From the IMG/VR virus record IMGVR_UViG_3300040809_000188, positions 1-64,000 of that record: a stretch of 64,000 bases of DNA, one strand, 5' to 3'. The DNA comes from a virus. Made by a program: the position numbers and the translations under genes. Below the pieces are notes generated by a model that saw nothing but the letters and a program-made list of their open reading frames with translations, was not told the DNA's origin and made no database searches. This document shows positions 9,878 to 18,998 of the stretch, piece after piece; within the stretch, counting starts at the first letter, position 1; every line of letters starts with the position of its first letter.

Positions 9878-10458
9878 TGCAAACTAAAGTATTTGATAAT
9901 AACTTTACACCAGATTTTCTAGTCAAACTTTATATTGCTAGTGTTCAAATACCATGGGAATACACAAACACTTCAAACAGAGTGACATATCCACACAAAT
10001 CAAAACTGTCAGTTGGTAATCTACCCTTTTTCTTTGGAAATAGATTATTTAATAAAGAAAACAGTTTAAGAGTAACAAACTGTGATGTTGATGATGTTTT
10101 TTGGGAAGTATTAGAGCATTTCTGTTTCAATCTTTATACAGAAGAAAAACTTGAGTTGATCGCTATTGACGCAAACTTACAACTACAGGGTATGGATGGT
10201 GACTGGCATTCAGACGTTATGATTAGTCCTGATGATGGTTCAAGCAGAACGATTATGTTTTATCCAATGTATGAATGGTTTGATGATTGGGGTGGACAAC
10301 TAGAGATTCAGAATGATGATGGTGGTATTGATAGTCTTCTACCAAAGCCAGGTCGCTTCATATATTTCAACTCTAAGGAACTTCATAGAGGATTAGCGCC
10401 AAAGATACCAAACAAACCTAGAATGTCGATTGCTTATCGCATGAGAGTTGTGGGTTGA
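9877..10458 (+). CDS. 2OG-Fe(II) oxygenase (prolyl-4-hydroxylase-like)
   Basis: WHSD, WGGQL, ELHRG, RMSIA. Confidence 0.8.
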   Translation: MQTKVFDNNFTPDFLVKLYIASVQIPWEYTNTSNRVTYPHKSKLSVGNLPFFFGNRLFNKENSLRVTNCDVDDVFWEVLEHFCFNLYTEEKLELIAIDANLQLQGMDGDWHSDVMISPDDGSSRTIMFYPMYEWFDDWGGQLEIQNDDGGIDSLLPKPGRFIYFNSKELHRGLAPKIPNKPRMSIAYRMRVVG

Positions 10459-10489
10459 CATTTTGATCAAAGAGTGATATATTATTGTA

Positions 10490-10888
10490 ATGACAAATCC
10501 ATTCGATTATGTAAACGCCATCAATACGACTAAGAAGAATATCATGCGAGGTACAGAGAACGATTATCTTGCTGAAAAGTCTTACTCTGTCTTTATGACA
10601 AATCGTGCATTGTCCTATCATATGGACACTATAGGCGCCGCTAACGAGATGAACAAGCGGTGGGAAACAGACAATCTCCTTCAGTTCGAGTATTTACTAA
10701 ATACTGTTAGACCCAAAAAAAGGTTTGCTAAATGGGTGAAGAAAGATGATGAAGGCGATCTGTCTATGGTGAAGCAATATTATGGTTACAATGATGCTAA
10801 AGCACTTCAAGCCTTATCTATCCTTTCTTCAGAACAGTTGACAATAATAAGAAACACACTGGAAAAAGGTGGGAGTAATGACGGTTGA
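10490..10888 (+). CDS. gp62: Clamp loader small subunit gp62
   Basis: PFDYVNAIN, NRALS, ANEMN, KRFAKW; own TTGACA promoter at 10456. Confidence 0.93.
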   Translation: MTNPFDYVNAINTTKKNIMRGTENDYLAEKSYSVFMTNRALSYHMDTIGAANEMNKRWETDNLLQFEYLLNTVRPKKRFAKWVKKDDEGDLSMVKQYYGYNDAKALQALSILSSEQLTIIRNTLEKGGSNDG

Positions 10889-11276
10889 TATTAGTAATCT
10901 CGTAGAGGTGACACTAAAAGAAGACGATGATTTTCTAAAGATTAGAGAAACACTAACTCGTATCGGTGTCGCATCACGCAAAGACAAGACAATCTATCAG
11001 TCTTGTCATATTCTTCACAAACAAGGTAAGTATTATATCGTACACTTCAAAGAGTTGTTTGCGCTTGACGGAAAGCCTAGCAACTTTACTGAAGACGATA
11101 TTGCAAGACGTAACACGATTGCTAACCTGCTTGCTGAGTGGGGATTGATTGGATTGGTAGACGACACTAAGTCTTCTGATCCTGTAGCACCACTATCACA
11201 AATCAAGGTGCTACCTTACAAAGAAAAAGACGAATGGATTCTGACAGCAAAGTATAATATTGGGAAGAAAAAATAG
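10878..11276 (+). CDS. regA: Translational repressor RegA
   Basis: DFLKIRETLTRIGVAS, QSCHILHKQGKYYIVHFKELF. Confidence 0.97.
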   Translation: MTVDISNLVEVTLKEDDDFLKIRETLTRIGVASRKDKTIYQSCHILHKQGKYYIVHFKELFALDGKPSNFTEDDIARRNTIANLLAEWGLIGLVDDTKSSDPVAPLSQIKVLPYKEKDEWILTAKYNIGKKK

Positions 11277-11279
11277 ATT

Positions 11280-11714
11280 ATGGAAAAAAGATTGATATAC
11301 TCTAACTTTCGTAGTGTAGAGGACTTTATGAATGCATTTGGGCAAGAGGTAAAAGAAGAGCCTGAGTTTCCAGATGAATCCACACAGCAGTTGAGGATTG
11401 AGTTGATTGAAGAGGAACTTGATGAACTTAAAGAAGCCATTGAAGCCAAGAATATCGTGGCGGTTGCTGATGCTCTCACTGATATTCTATATGTCACTTA
11501 TGGGGCTGGTCACGCTTTTGGCCTCGATTTAGACAGATGTTTTGCTGAAGTGCAAAGAAGTAATATGAGTAAACTTGGTGCAGACGGTAAGCCAATCTAC
11601 CGTGAAGATGGTAAGGTGCTGAAAGGGCCTGACTATTCTGAACCAAATCTTTACGAAATCTTGTTCTCAACATATCTTGATAAAAGAGCAAAAAAGATAT
11701 CAGAGAACTCTTGA
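11280..11714 (+). CDS. MazG-like NTP pyrophosphohydrolase
   Basis: EELDEL, DALTDILYV, EVQRSNMSK, GKVLKGP. Confidence 0.85.
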   Translation: MEKRLIYSNFRSVEDFMNAFGQEVKEEPEFPDESTQQLRIELIEEELDELKEAIEAKNIVAVADALTDILYVTYGAGHAFGLDLDRCFAEVQRSNMSKLGADGKPIYREDGKVLKGPDYSEPNLYEILFSTYLDKRAKKISENS

Positions 11715-11800
11715 AATATATGCTAATGATGCATATATAAGTCGTAAGCGCCTTTATGGGCTTATTTACAAAACAATCTTGCTTAATAGGAGATTAGCAA
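11710..11800 (+). promoter_or_regulatory. RpoH-like promoter and ROSE-like RNA thermometer upstream of hsp20
   Basis: CTTGAA 11710...CATATA 11732; hairpin AATCTTGCT-TAAT-AGGAGATT pairing UUGCU with the SD. Confidence 0.6.
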
Positions 11801-12229
11801 ATGACACATTTAACTACTTTCGATATTAATCGACTCACCCCATATGCCGTTGGTTTTGACAGAATGTTCGACAATCTACAGAGATATGCTGAACACCAAA
11901 AACAATCAACAGGCTTTCCACCATACAACATTCGTAAAGAATCAGAGACAGACTTCTACATTGACATGGCAGTAGCAGGCCTGAGCAAAGAAGATGTTGA
12001 AGTGGAGTATAAACAAGGTGAAGTCACAGTTCGCTCTACATACGATAAACTTGATGAAACTAGCGAAATGATTCACAGAGGTATCTCTATGAAGAAGTTT
12101 GACCGTAAGTTTACACTTGCTGATGATATCGTAGTGAAAGATGCTGAACTGACAAACGGTATGCTCACCATTCAACTTGAGCGTATTATTCCAGAAGAAA
12201 AGAAGCCTCGGCTGATTGAAATCAAATAG
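11801..12229 (+). CDS. hsp20: Small heat shock protein (IbpA-like)
   Basis: GFDRMF, FPPYNI, HRGIS, NGMLTI, IPEEKKPRLIEI. Confidence 0.95.
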   Translation: MTHLTTFDINRLTPYAVGFDRMFDNLQRYAEHQKQSTGFPPYNIRKESETDFYIDMAVAGLSKEDVEVEYKQGEVTVRSTYDKLDETSEMIHRGISMKKFDRKFTLADDIVVKDAELTNGMLTIQLERIIPEEKKPRLIEIK

Positions 12230-12231
12230 TT

Positions 12232-12264
12232 CTAAATAGGGGGTGTAAGGCCCCCTATTTTTTT
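12232..12264 (+). terminator. Rho-independent terminator overlapping late-type CTAAATA
   Basis: AAATAGGGGG/CCCCCTATTT plus T tract. Confidence 0.75.
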
Positions 12265-12280
12265 ATAAGGAGAATGTATA

Positions 12281-12796
12281 ATGGCGGCAGAAAACTGGCA
12301 GAAATGTTTAGAGACTATCCTTCATCACGAAGGTGGTTATGTTAATCACCCTGACGACCCAGGCGGTGAAACCAATCTTGGTGTCACGAAAAGAGTTTGG
12401 GAAGAATGGGGTGGAACTAAAGATATGAAAGACTTGACAGTAGAAGATGTCGAGCCTATCTACAAGAAGAACTATTGGGATAGAGTGAAAGGTGATGACT
12501 TGCCTTCTGGTCTAGACCTTTGTGTATTTGATTTTGGTATCAATGCTGGAACAGGTCGTGCGGCGAAGTATCTACAAGGACTAGTTGGTGCTGGACAAGA
12601 CGGCGCAATCGGACCAGGCACACTAGGTAAACTTGCTGAGTATCTAGAGGAAAACAGTGTTGAAGTAGCAATCGGCGAATATCAACATCGTAGACAAACT
12701 TACTATGAAGGTCTGAAAACTTTCGCCACATTTGGTAGAGGTTGGACACGGCGTGTGACTGAAACTACTGAACTTGCACTTGAGATGATGGATTAA
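12281..12796 (+). CDS. Glycoside hydrolase family 108 lysozyme (endolysin)
   Basis: HEGGYVNHPDDPGGETNLGVT; C-terminal FGRGWTRR. Confidence 0.93.
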   Translation: MAAENWQKCLETILHHEGGYVNHPDDPGGETNLGVTKRVWEEWGGTKDMKDLTVEDVEPIYKKNYWDRVKGDDLPSGLDLCVFDFGINAGTGRAAKYLQGLVGAGQDGAIGPGTLGKLAEYLEENSVEVAIGEYQHRRQTYYEGLKTFATFGRGWTRRVTETTELALEMMD

Positions 12797-12800
12797 CTTT

Positions 12801-12817
12801 TGTAACATTTGTGCAAA
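12801..12817 (+). promoter_or_regulatory. Possible Pho box upstream of pstS
   Basis: TGTAAC and TGCAAA half sites 11 bp apart. Confidence 0.4.
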
Positions 12818-12903
12818 AAAAGTCTAAGTTCTAAATACGAAAAGAGACACCAAAGTGCGAAGATGGGTGCCTCTTTTCTTGTCTTAACAATAGGAGAACG
12901 ATT

Positions 12904-13932
12904 ATGCGTAAATCGCTCGTAGTATTATTTAGTATGATGATGCTTTCAACTGCCGCTCATGCTAGAGATTATATCAGCATTGCTGGCTCATCAACAGTCC
13001 TTCCATTTGCAACAATCATTGCTGAAAAACTAGGTAACAACCCTGCAATCAAAACACCAGTAGTAGAATCTGGTGGATCATCTGTAGGTAAGAAGAATGT
13101 ATGTCAAGGTGTTGGCACTCAATACATCGACATTGGAAATGCTTCATCTCGTATGAAGGTAAAAGAACTAGAATACTGCAACGCACAAGGCGTTGATTTG
13201 ACAGAAATCAAAGTTGGTTACGATGGTATCGTTGTTGCTAACTCAAGAAAAGCACCACAACTTGTAATCAGTCGTGCAGACTTGGGTAAAGCACTAACTG
13301 CTAAGATTCCACAAGAAGACGGCACTTGGATCGATAATCCATACACACATTGGAATCAAGTCAATCCAGACTTGCCAAATATTCCAATCAAAGTCATGGG
13401 TCCGCCAACGACCTCTGGAACAAGAGCATCTTTTGTAGAGATGATTAATGAGAAGGCTTACTGCGGAAAAGATGAACTTGCTAAGAAAGCATTGAAGATT
13501 GCTGGCGAGAAAGCAAAAGTTTGTCGTGCTATGAGAACAGATGGTGCATACATCGAGGCTGGTGAGCAAGACAATCTGATTGTTCAGAAACTACAAGACG
13601 ATCCAGAAGCGTTTGGTATTTTCGGCTTCTCATATCTGGATCAAAACTCTGACACAATACAAGGTGCTGTGCTAGATGGTGTTGAGCCTTCTTTCGACTC
13701 TATTGCTGACGGACAATACAAAGCAAGTCGTGCGCTTTACTTCTATGTCAAGCACAATCATATTGGTGTAGTGCCAGGCATTGAAGAATACATGAAAGAG
13801 TGGACGAAGCATTGGACAGATGATGGTGTTCTTGCTGATGCTGGTATGATTCCTTTGCCAGAAGAAGAGATGTCTGAGATGAAGTCTCGTATCTCATCGC
13901 TACCAAAACTAACTGTTGAAGACTTGAAATAA
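12904..13932 (+). CDS. pstS: Phosphate ABC transporter substrate-binding protein PstS
   Basis: Signal peptide, RDYISIAGSSTV, NASSR, GPPTTSGTR, SRALYFYVK. Confidence 0.93.
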   Translation: MRKSLVVLFSMMMLSTAAHARDYISIAGSSTVLPFATIIAEKLGNNPAIKTPVVESGGSSVGKKNVCQGVGTQYIDIGNASSRMKVKELEYCNAQGVDLTEIKVGYDGIVVANSRKAPQLVISRADLGKALTAKIPQEDGTWIDNPYTHWNQVNPDLPNIPIKVMGPPTTSGTRASFVEMINEKAYCGKDELAKKALKIAGEKAKVCRAMRTDGAYIEAGEQDNLIVQKLQDDPEAFGIFGFSYLDQNSDTIQGAVLDGVEPSFDSIADGQYKASRALYFYVKHNHIGVVPGIEEYMKEWTKHWTDDGVLADAGMIPLPEEEMSEMKSRISSLPKLTVEDLK

Positions 13933-13971
13933 TGTCTTGACATTTCGTATGGATTTTGATATAACTACAGC

Positions 13972-16473
13972 ATGAGATTCTATACAAACACATACACTCG
14001 TGGCAATCTTGTCTACATCCGAGGCTATGATAATGGTCGGCGCTTTGTAGACAAGATTCCATACTCTCCCACATTCTATCTTGCAAGCAAGCGAGACAGT
14101 GATTGGAAGACTGTCAATGGTACGCCTGTTGAACCAGTTGTCCAAGGCTCTATTCGTGAAGCAAGAGATTTCGTCAAGCGATATGCTGATGTCGATGGGT
14201 TTACCGTCTATGGTTCAAACCTGTACGAGTATGCTTGTCTGAATGAGGAGTATGGTAACGATTACGATATCGAACACATTCGTGTTGCTAACATTGACAT
14301 TGAGGTTGGTTCTGAGGAAGGATTTCCAGAGCCGTCTGATGCTAAACAACCTATCACTGCTATCACTGTAAAGATGAATGGTAAGGTGTTCGTGCTTGGT
14401 GTTGGTGAGTATCACAATACCAGAGATGATGTTCGCTATCTCAACTGTCTGACTGAAGGCAGATTGATTATGAAGTTTCTCGACTTGTGGGAAAAACTTG
14501 ATGCTGATATCGTCACTGGTTGGAATGTTCGCTTCTTTGATATTCCCTACCTTGTCAATCGTATCACTCGTCTGTTCGATGAGAAGATGGCTCAAAGGAT
14601 GTCTCCACATCGTAGTCTGAACTATCGACATATACAGCAATGGAACAGACAACAAGAGTGCTATGAACTCGCTGGTGTCTCTATCCTCGACTATCTTGAA
14701 CTCTATCGTAAGTTCACATACTCACAGCAAGAATCTTATCGACTTGACCATATCGCTCATATAGAGATTGGTGAGAAGAAACTCGACTACTCTGAGGTTG
14801 GAACACTGCATGAGTTGTATCGAACTGACTATCAGAAGTTCATTGACTATAACATCAAGGATGTGGAACTTGTCGAGCGTATTGATGACAAGATGAAACT
14901 GATTGAGATGGCTCTCGCTATCGCATACGATGCAAAGGTGAACTACAACGATGTGTTCACACAGGTGCGTCTGTGGGATGTTCTCATTCACAACTATCTT
15001 CTAAAGAAGAAGATGGTGATACCACCAAAGAAGTCTAGCATCAAGACGCAAGCGTATGCTGGTGCTTATGTCAAAGACCCGCAAGTTGGACAACACAAAT
15101 GGGTGGTGTCGTTTGACTTGAACTCGCTGTATCCACACCTGATTATGCAATACAATATCTCGCCTGACACTTTCGTTGAGGGTAAGTTTGCACAGACATC
15201 TGTTGACAAACTGATTGCTAGTGAGACACCAGAGTGTCCAAAAGACATGGTGTTGACTGCAAATGGACACTATTATAACCGAACCTTCCAAGGCTTCCTT
15301 CCTGAGATGATGCAGACAATGTATGATGAGCGTTCTCTCTATAAGAAACAGATGATTGAAGCGGAGAAAGAACTTCAGAAATCTAAATCGAATGAACTGG
15401 TGAAGAAGATATCCAAGTATAAGAACTTGCAAATGGCCAAGAAGGTTCAGTTGAACTCTGCTTATGGTGCGCTTGGTAATCAATACTTTCGGTTCTTTGA
15501 TGTACGACAAGCGGAATCTATCACACTATCTGGTCAGTTGTCTATTCGGTGGATTGAGAAACGCTTGAATGAATATTTGAACAAACTGTTGGATACGGAG
15601 GATGAAGACTATGTTATTGCGTCAGATACGGATTCAGTATACATTACTTTTGACAGGTTGGTTGATAAGGTGCTACGAGAGCGAGAGGAGGAGTCGAAGG
15701 ACAGTTACTGTGGGAGGGTGGTTGACTTCCTCGACAGAGTTGCTACAGAGAAGGTTGAACCTTTTATTGATAAGGCTTATCAAGACCTTGCTGATATGAT
15801 GAATGCTTATGAACAGAAGATGTTCATGAAGCGTGAGGTGATTGCTGACAAGGGTATATGGACTGCTAAGAAGCGATATATGCTGAATGTTCACGATAGT
15901 GAGGGTGTTCGTTTCTCCACACCTAAACTAAAGATGATGGGTATCGAAACTGTCAAGTCTTCAACGCCTGCGTCTTGTCGTGACGCTCTGAAGGAAGCGA
16001 TTGAGATTACTCTGAACAAGGATGAAGAGACTGTTCAGAAGTTCATCGCCGACTTCAAAGAGCAGTTCAAGTCTCTACCGTTTGAGGACATTGCTTTCCC
16101 TCGCTCACTGTCTGATTTGAATAAATATGATAGTAAGGATAAAGACAACCTCGTCCTAGCAAAAGGAACACCTATCCATGTAAGAGGTGGACTGCTATAC
16201 AATCATCTCATTCGTCAGAACGGATTGGAGAAGAAGTATCCGACTATCAAAGATGGTGAGAAGATTAAGTTCTGTTATCTCAAAGAGCCGAATGGCACTG
16301 GACAGAATGTCATCTCAATCATCAACAATCTTCCATCTGAGTTTGGACTTGAAAAGTTCATTGACTACGAACTACAGTTCGCTAAAGCGTTCACTGAGCC
16401 TTTGAAGGTTATCCTTGATGTCATCGGATGGAGTACCGAAAAGAAATCAACACTGGAGAATTTTTTTACATGA
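13972..16473 (+). CDS. gp43: Family B DNA polymerase gp43
   Basis: Exo DIE, SFDLNSLYP, KVQLNSAYG, SDTDS, KKRY; promoter TTGACA 13937. Confidence 0.98.
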   Translation: MRFYTNTYTRGNLVYIRGYDNGRRFVDKIPYSPTFYLASKRDSDWKTVNGTPVEPVVQGSIREARDFVKRYADVDGFTVYGSNLYEYACLNEEYGNDYDIEHIRVANIDIEVGSEEGFPEPSDAKQPITAITVKMNGKVFVLGVGEYHNTRDDVRYLNCLTEGRLIMKFLDLWEKLDADIVTGWNVRFFDIPYLVNRITRLFDEKMAQRMSPHRSLNYRHIQQWNRQQECYELAGVSILDYLELYRKFTYSQQESYRLDHIAHIEIGEKKLDYSEVGTLHELYRTDYQKFIDYNIKDVELVERIDDKMKLIEMALAIAYDAKVNYNDVFTQVRLWDVLIHNYLLKKKMVIPPKKSSIKTQAYAGAYVKDPQVGQHKWVVSFDLNSLYPHLIMQYNISPDTFVEGKFAQTSVDKLIASETPECPKDMVLTANGHYYNRTFQGFLPEMMQTMYDERSLYKKQMIEAEKELQKSKSNELVKKISKYKNLQMAKKVQLNSAYGALGNQYFRFFDVRQAESITLSGQLSIRWIEKRLNEYLNKLLDTEDEDYVIASDTDSVYITFDRLVDKVLREREEESKDSYCGRVVDFLDRVATEKVEPFIDKAYQDLADMMNAYEQKMFMKREVIADKGIWTAKKRYMLNVHDSEGVRFSTPKLKMMGIETVKSSTPASCRDALKEAIEITLNKDEETVQKFIADFKEQFKSLPFEDIAFPRSLSDLNKYDSKDKDNLVLAKGTPIHVRGGLLYNHLIRQNGLEKKYPTIKDGEKIKFCYLKEPNGTGQNVISIINNLPSEFGLEKFIDYELQFAKAFTEPLKVILDVIGWSTEKKSTLENFFT

Positions 16474-17144
16474 TTTGCCATAGAATGACTAAGGGAGTAT
16501 ATTTTTTTGAAAATGTGTTTTCTCCTACTACACATATGTTCTTAGAGAACTATACCAGCGATGGAATAAAATATAAATTGGATGGTAGAATGGGGTCATT
16601 AGACACACAGACGTTTAATGAAAGTCCTGATCCCACACTGTTTCCTCTTTTTCTTGATGCTAGAGACAGAATGGTTCAACATATGTTTTATGATTCGCCA
16701 GAGTTTATGGAGATGTTTACATTTGATATACGCATAATGGATTGGATAAATTGTTTAGCAAAAGCGCCAAACACTTTTAGCGAGACAGAGCCTCATTATC
16801 ATGTCGATAATGATGGGGTTAATTTAAGCATTGTATATTATCCACATACAACATGGGATGACTCTTGGGGTGGAAAGTTGGCAATGGGGTCTTCTTTGAA
16901 GATAAGTCCTGTTCCTAATGGTGCTGTGATGTTTATGTCTCACATCCCCCATAAAATAGAATCCATAACTACCAAAGCACAGTCATGGAGAAAAACAATA
17001 TTCGTCAGAACTAAATTGCATTGTGATATAACAAAACTTGGTGATTTCATGAGTGATGTAGTGAAAGAAACTATGGATACAAAATATATTAAACCAAAAA
17101 AAGTCACTTTACCACAGGGTCAAAGTGTATTAAATTTCGAGTAA
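16470..17144 (+). CDS. 2OG-Fe(II) oxygenase-like protein
   Basis: YHVD, YYPH..W...WGG, IPH; ATGA overlap with gp43. Confidence 0.7.
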   Translation: MICHRMTKGVYFFENVFSPTTHMFLENYTSDGIKYKLDGRMGSLDTQTFNESPDPTLFPLFLDARDRMVQHMFYDSPEFMEMFTFDIRIMDWINCLAKAPNTFSETEPHYHVDNDGVNLSIVYYPHTTWDDSWGGKLAMGSSLKISPVPNGAVMFMSHIPHKIESITTKAQSWRKTIFVRTKLHCDITKLGDFMSDVVKETMDTKYIKPKKVTLPQGQSVLNFE

Positions 17145-17157
17145 CTTGGAGAAGGAT

Positions 17158-17421
17158 ATGTCTGATTTCGATTTCGGTTTCACAGCCGTCACAGAAGAAG
17201 AACTTGCAGTTGTACAACAAGCAAAAGAAACTGTCGCATCGACCACAGAAGGGCTTGACAAACTGCAAGAAAAATGCGATACTCTGTATAACATGATAAA
17301 GCCATTGCTAAACAATCTAGCCGCAAATCCTGACAAGGATTACATCTACTGGCCGGGGGATTTACGCATGACAAAGATCGAAGAATTTAGTGACAAACTT
17401 GATGGAGTTTATAAAGGATGA
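17158..17421 (+). CDS. Conserved hypothetical protein
   Basis: DFGFTAV...PLLNNL..NPDKDYIYWP; good RBS. Confidence 0.75.
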   Translation: MSDFDFGFTAVTEEELAVVQQAKETVASTTEGLDKLQEKCDTLYNMIKPLLNNLAANPDKDYIYWPGDLRMTKIEEFSDKLDGVYKG

Positions 17422-18467
17422 GTTTTCTTAATAATGTGATTGCTGGTATTGATAATACACATGTAGCCAGCAGTGGTGAGAATAGTTCAGAGTTTTCTGG
17501 AACTATTGATACAGGTTCATACATTCTCAATGCGGCTATGTCTGGTAGTCTGTATGGGGGTGTGCCTAATAATAAGATAGTAGCATTCGCTGGTGAAAGT
17601 GCAACTGGTAAGACCTTTTTCGTTCTAGGTGTTATCAAGCAGTTTCTTGATGATAATCCTGATGGTGGTGTTATCTACTTTGATACAGAAGCCGCTGTTA
17701 CTAAGAACATGATGACCACTAGAGGCATTGATGTAGATAGAGTTGTTATCAGTGAGCCACAATCTATTGAAGAGTTTCGGACAAATGCTGTTCGTATGCT
17801 TGATTCATACAATGATAGTAGCGAACAACCACCTATGATGATGGTGCTTGATTCACTTGGTATGTTATCATCTGTAAAAGAACTGGAAGATACTGCTTCT
17901 GGTAAGCAAGCAAGAGACATGACAAAGGCTCAACTATTGCGTGGTACTTTCCGTGTTCTATCTCTGAAACTTGCAAAAGCGAATGTGCCTCTGCTTGTAA
18001 CTAATCATGTCTATGATGTGGTCGGTGCTTACATACCTACTAAAGAAATCTCTGGTGGTAGTGGATTGAAATACGCCGCTTCATCCATTGCTATGCTTAG
18101 TAAGAAAAAGGACAAAGATGGTACTGATGTTGTTGGTAATATCATCAAGGTCACTATGCACAAGTCTCGCTTCACTAAAGAGAACAAGAAAGTGGAAGTG
18201 AAACTGTCCTATGATACTGGTCTAGACAGATACTATGGCTTGCTAGAACTTGCAGAGAAGTATGATATCATCAAAAAGGTATCAACTCGTTACGAACTAC
18301 CTGATGGTACAAAGGTGTTTGGTAAGAACATCAATGAAGACCCTGAGAAGTACTTCACAGAAGAAGTAATGGCTCAACTAGAAGAAGCGGCTCATAAAGA
18401 GTTTATGTATGGTCGTGATGAAGATGAAGAAGTAGTAGAAAATGATGAAGAGGTAGTTGTGCAATGA
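17418..18467 (+). CDS. uvsX: RecA-like recombinase UvsX
   Basis: GESATGKT, FDTE, LDSLG, SGGSG. Confidence 0.95.
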   Translation: MSFLNNVIAGIDNTHVASSGENSSEFSGTIDTGSYILNAAMSGSLYGGVPNNKIVAFAGESATGKTFFVLGVIKQFLDDNPDGGVIYFDTEAAVTKNMMTTRGIDVDRVVISEPQSIEEFRTNAVRMLDSYNDSSEQPPMMMVLDSLGMLSSVKELEDTASGKQARDMTKAQLLRGTFRVLSLKLAKANVPLLVTNHVYDVVGAYIPTKEISGGSGLKYAASSIAMLSKKKDKDGTDVVGNIIKVTMHKSRFTKENKKVEVKLSYDTGLDRYYGLLELAEKYDIIKKVSTRYELPDGTKVFGKNINEDPEKYFTEEVMAQLEEAAHKEFMYGRDEDEEVVENDEEVVVQ

Positions 18468-18715
18468 CGATAACTTTTTTGAAAAAACTTGGTAAAAATC
18501 TATTCACACTTCTCGCATTGTGTGGATTGATATACTCTTTCCTTGTTGTTAGCGACAAGTATTTCGGTGAAGCACTATATGGTCTCATTGCTTTTGTTGT
18601 ACTATTCACTGCGTATTGGATAACAGAGCGCAGTTGGGATGAAGCAAAGGAAGATCATAAAGAAGTTAGATATGTAAACTATTTGGGTGGAAAGAAGAAC
18701 GATGACTCAGTATAA
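18464..18715 (+). CDS. Small two-TM membrane protein
   Basis: Two hydrophobic segments; overlapping start/stop. Confidence 0.65.
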   Translation: MTITFLKKLGKNLFTLLALCGLIYSFLVVSDKYFGEALYGLIAFVVLFTAYWITERSWDEAKEDHKEVRYVNYLGGKKNDDSV

Positions 18716-18998
18716 TATCATTCAACATAAAGATGCGTTTCATGAAGACTTGATGTGTATTGAAGTTGAAGACGGCCCATATAAAGGAGTTGTCTTTCAA
18801 TATGACAATCTAAGATTGGATGAGGATGAAGACGATGACGCAAAGGTTAGTTTCAACTTTATCACTGTCAAAAACGAACAAGGTCTTGACTTGACATCTG
18901 AAGACTTTATTGATATACTTGGCGAGATACTAAACGAACTACTAAGGGATTTTGTTGATGCGAATCGAACTGATGGTGCTGAAGCACCTTCTGAATGA
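18702..18998 (+). CDS. Acidic protein, possible gp40-like head assembly chaperone
   Basis: Position between uvsX and gp41 as in T4; identity uncertain. Confidence 0.5.
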   Translation: MTQYNIIQHKDAFHEDLMCIEVEDGPYKGVVFQYDNLRLDEDEDDDAKVSFNFITVKNEQGLDLTSEDFIDILGEILNELLRDFVDANRTDGAEAPSE

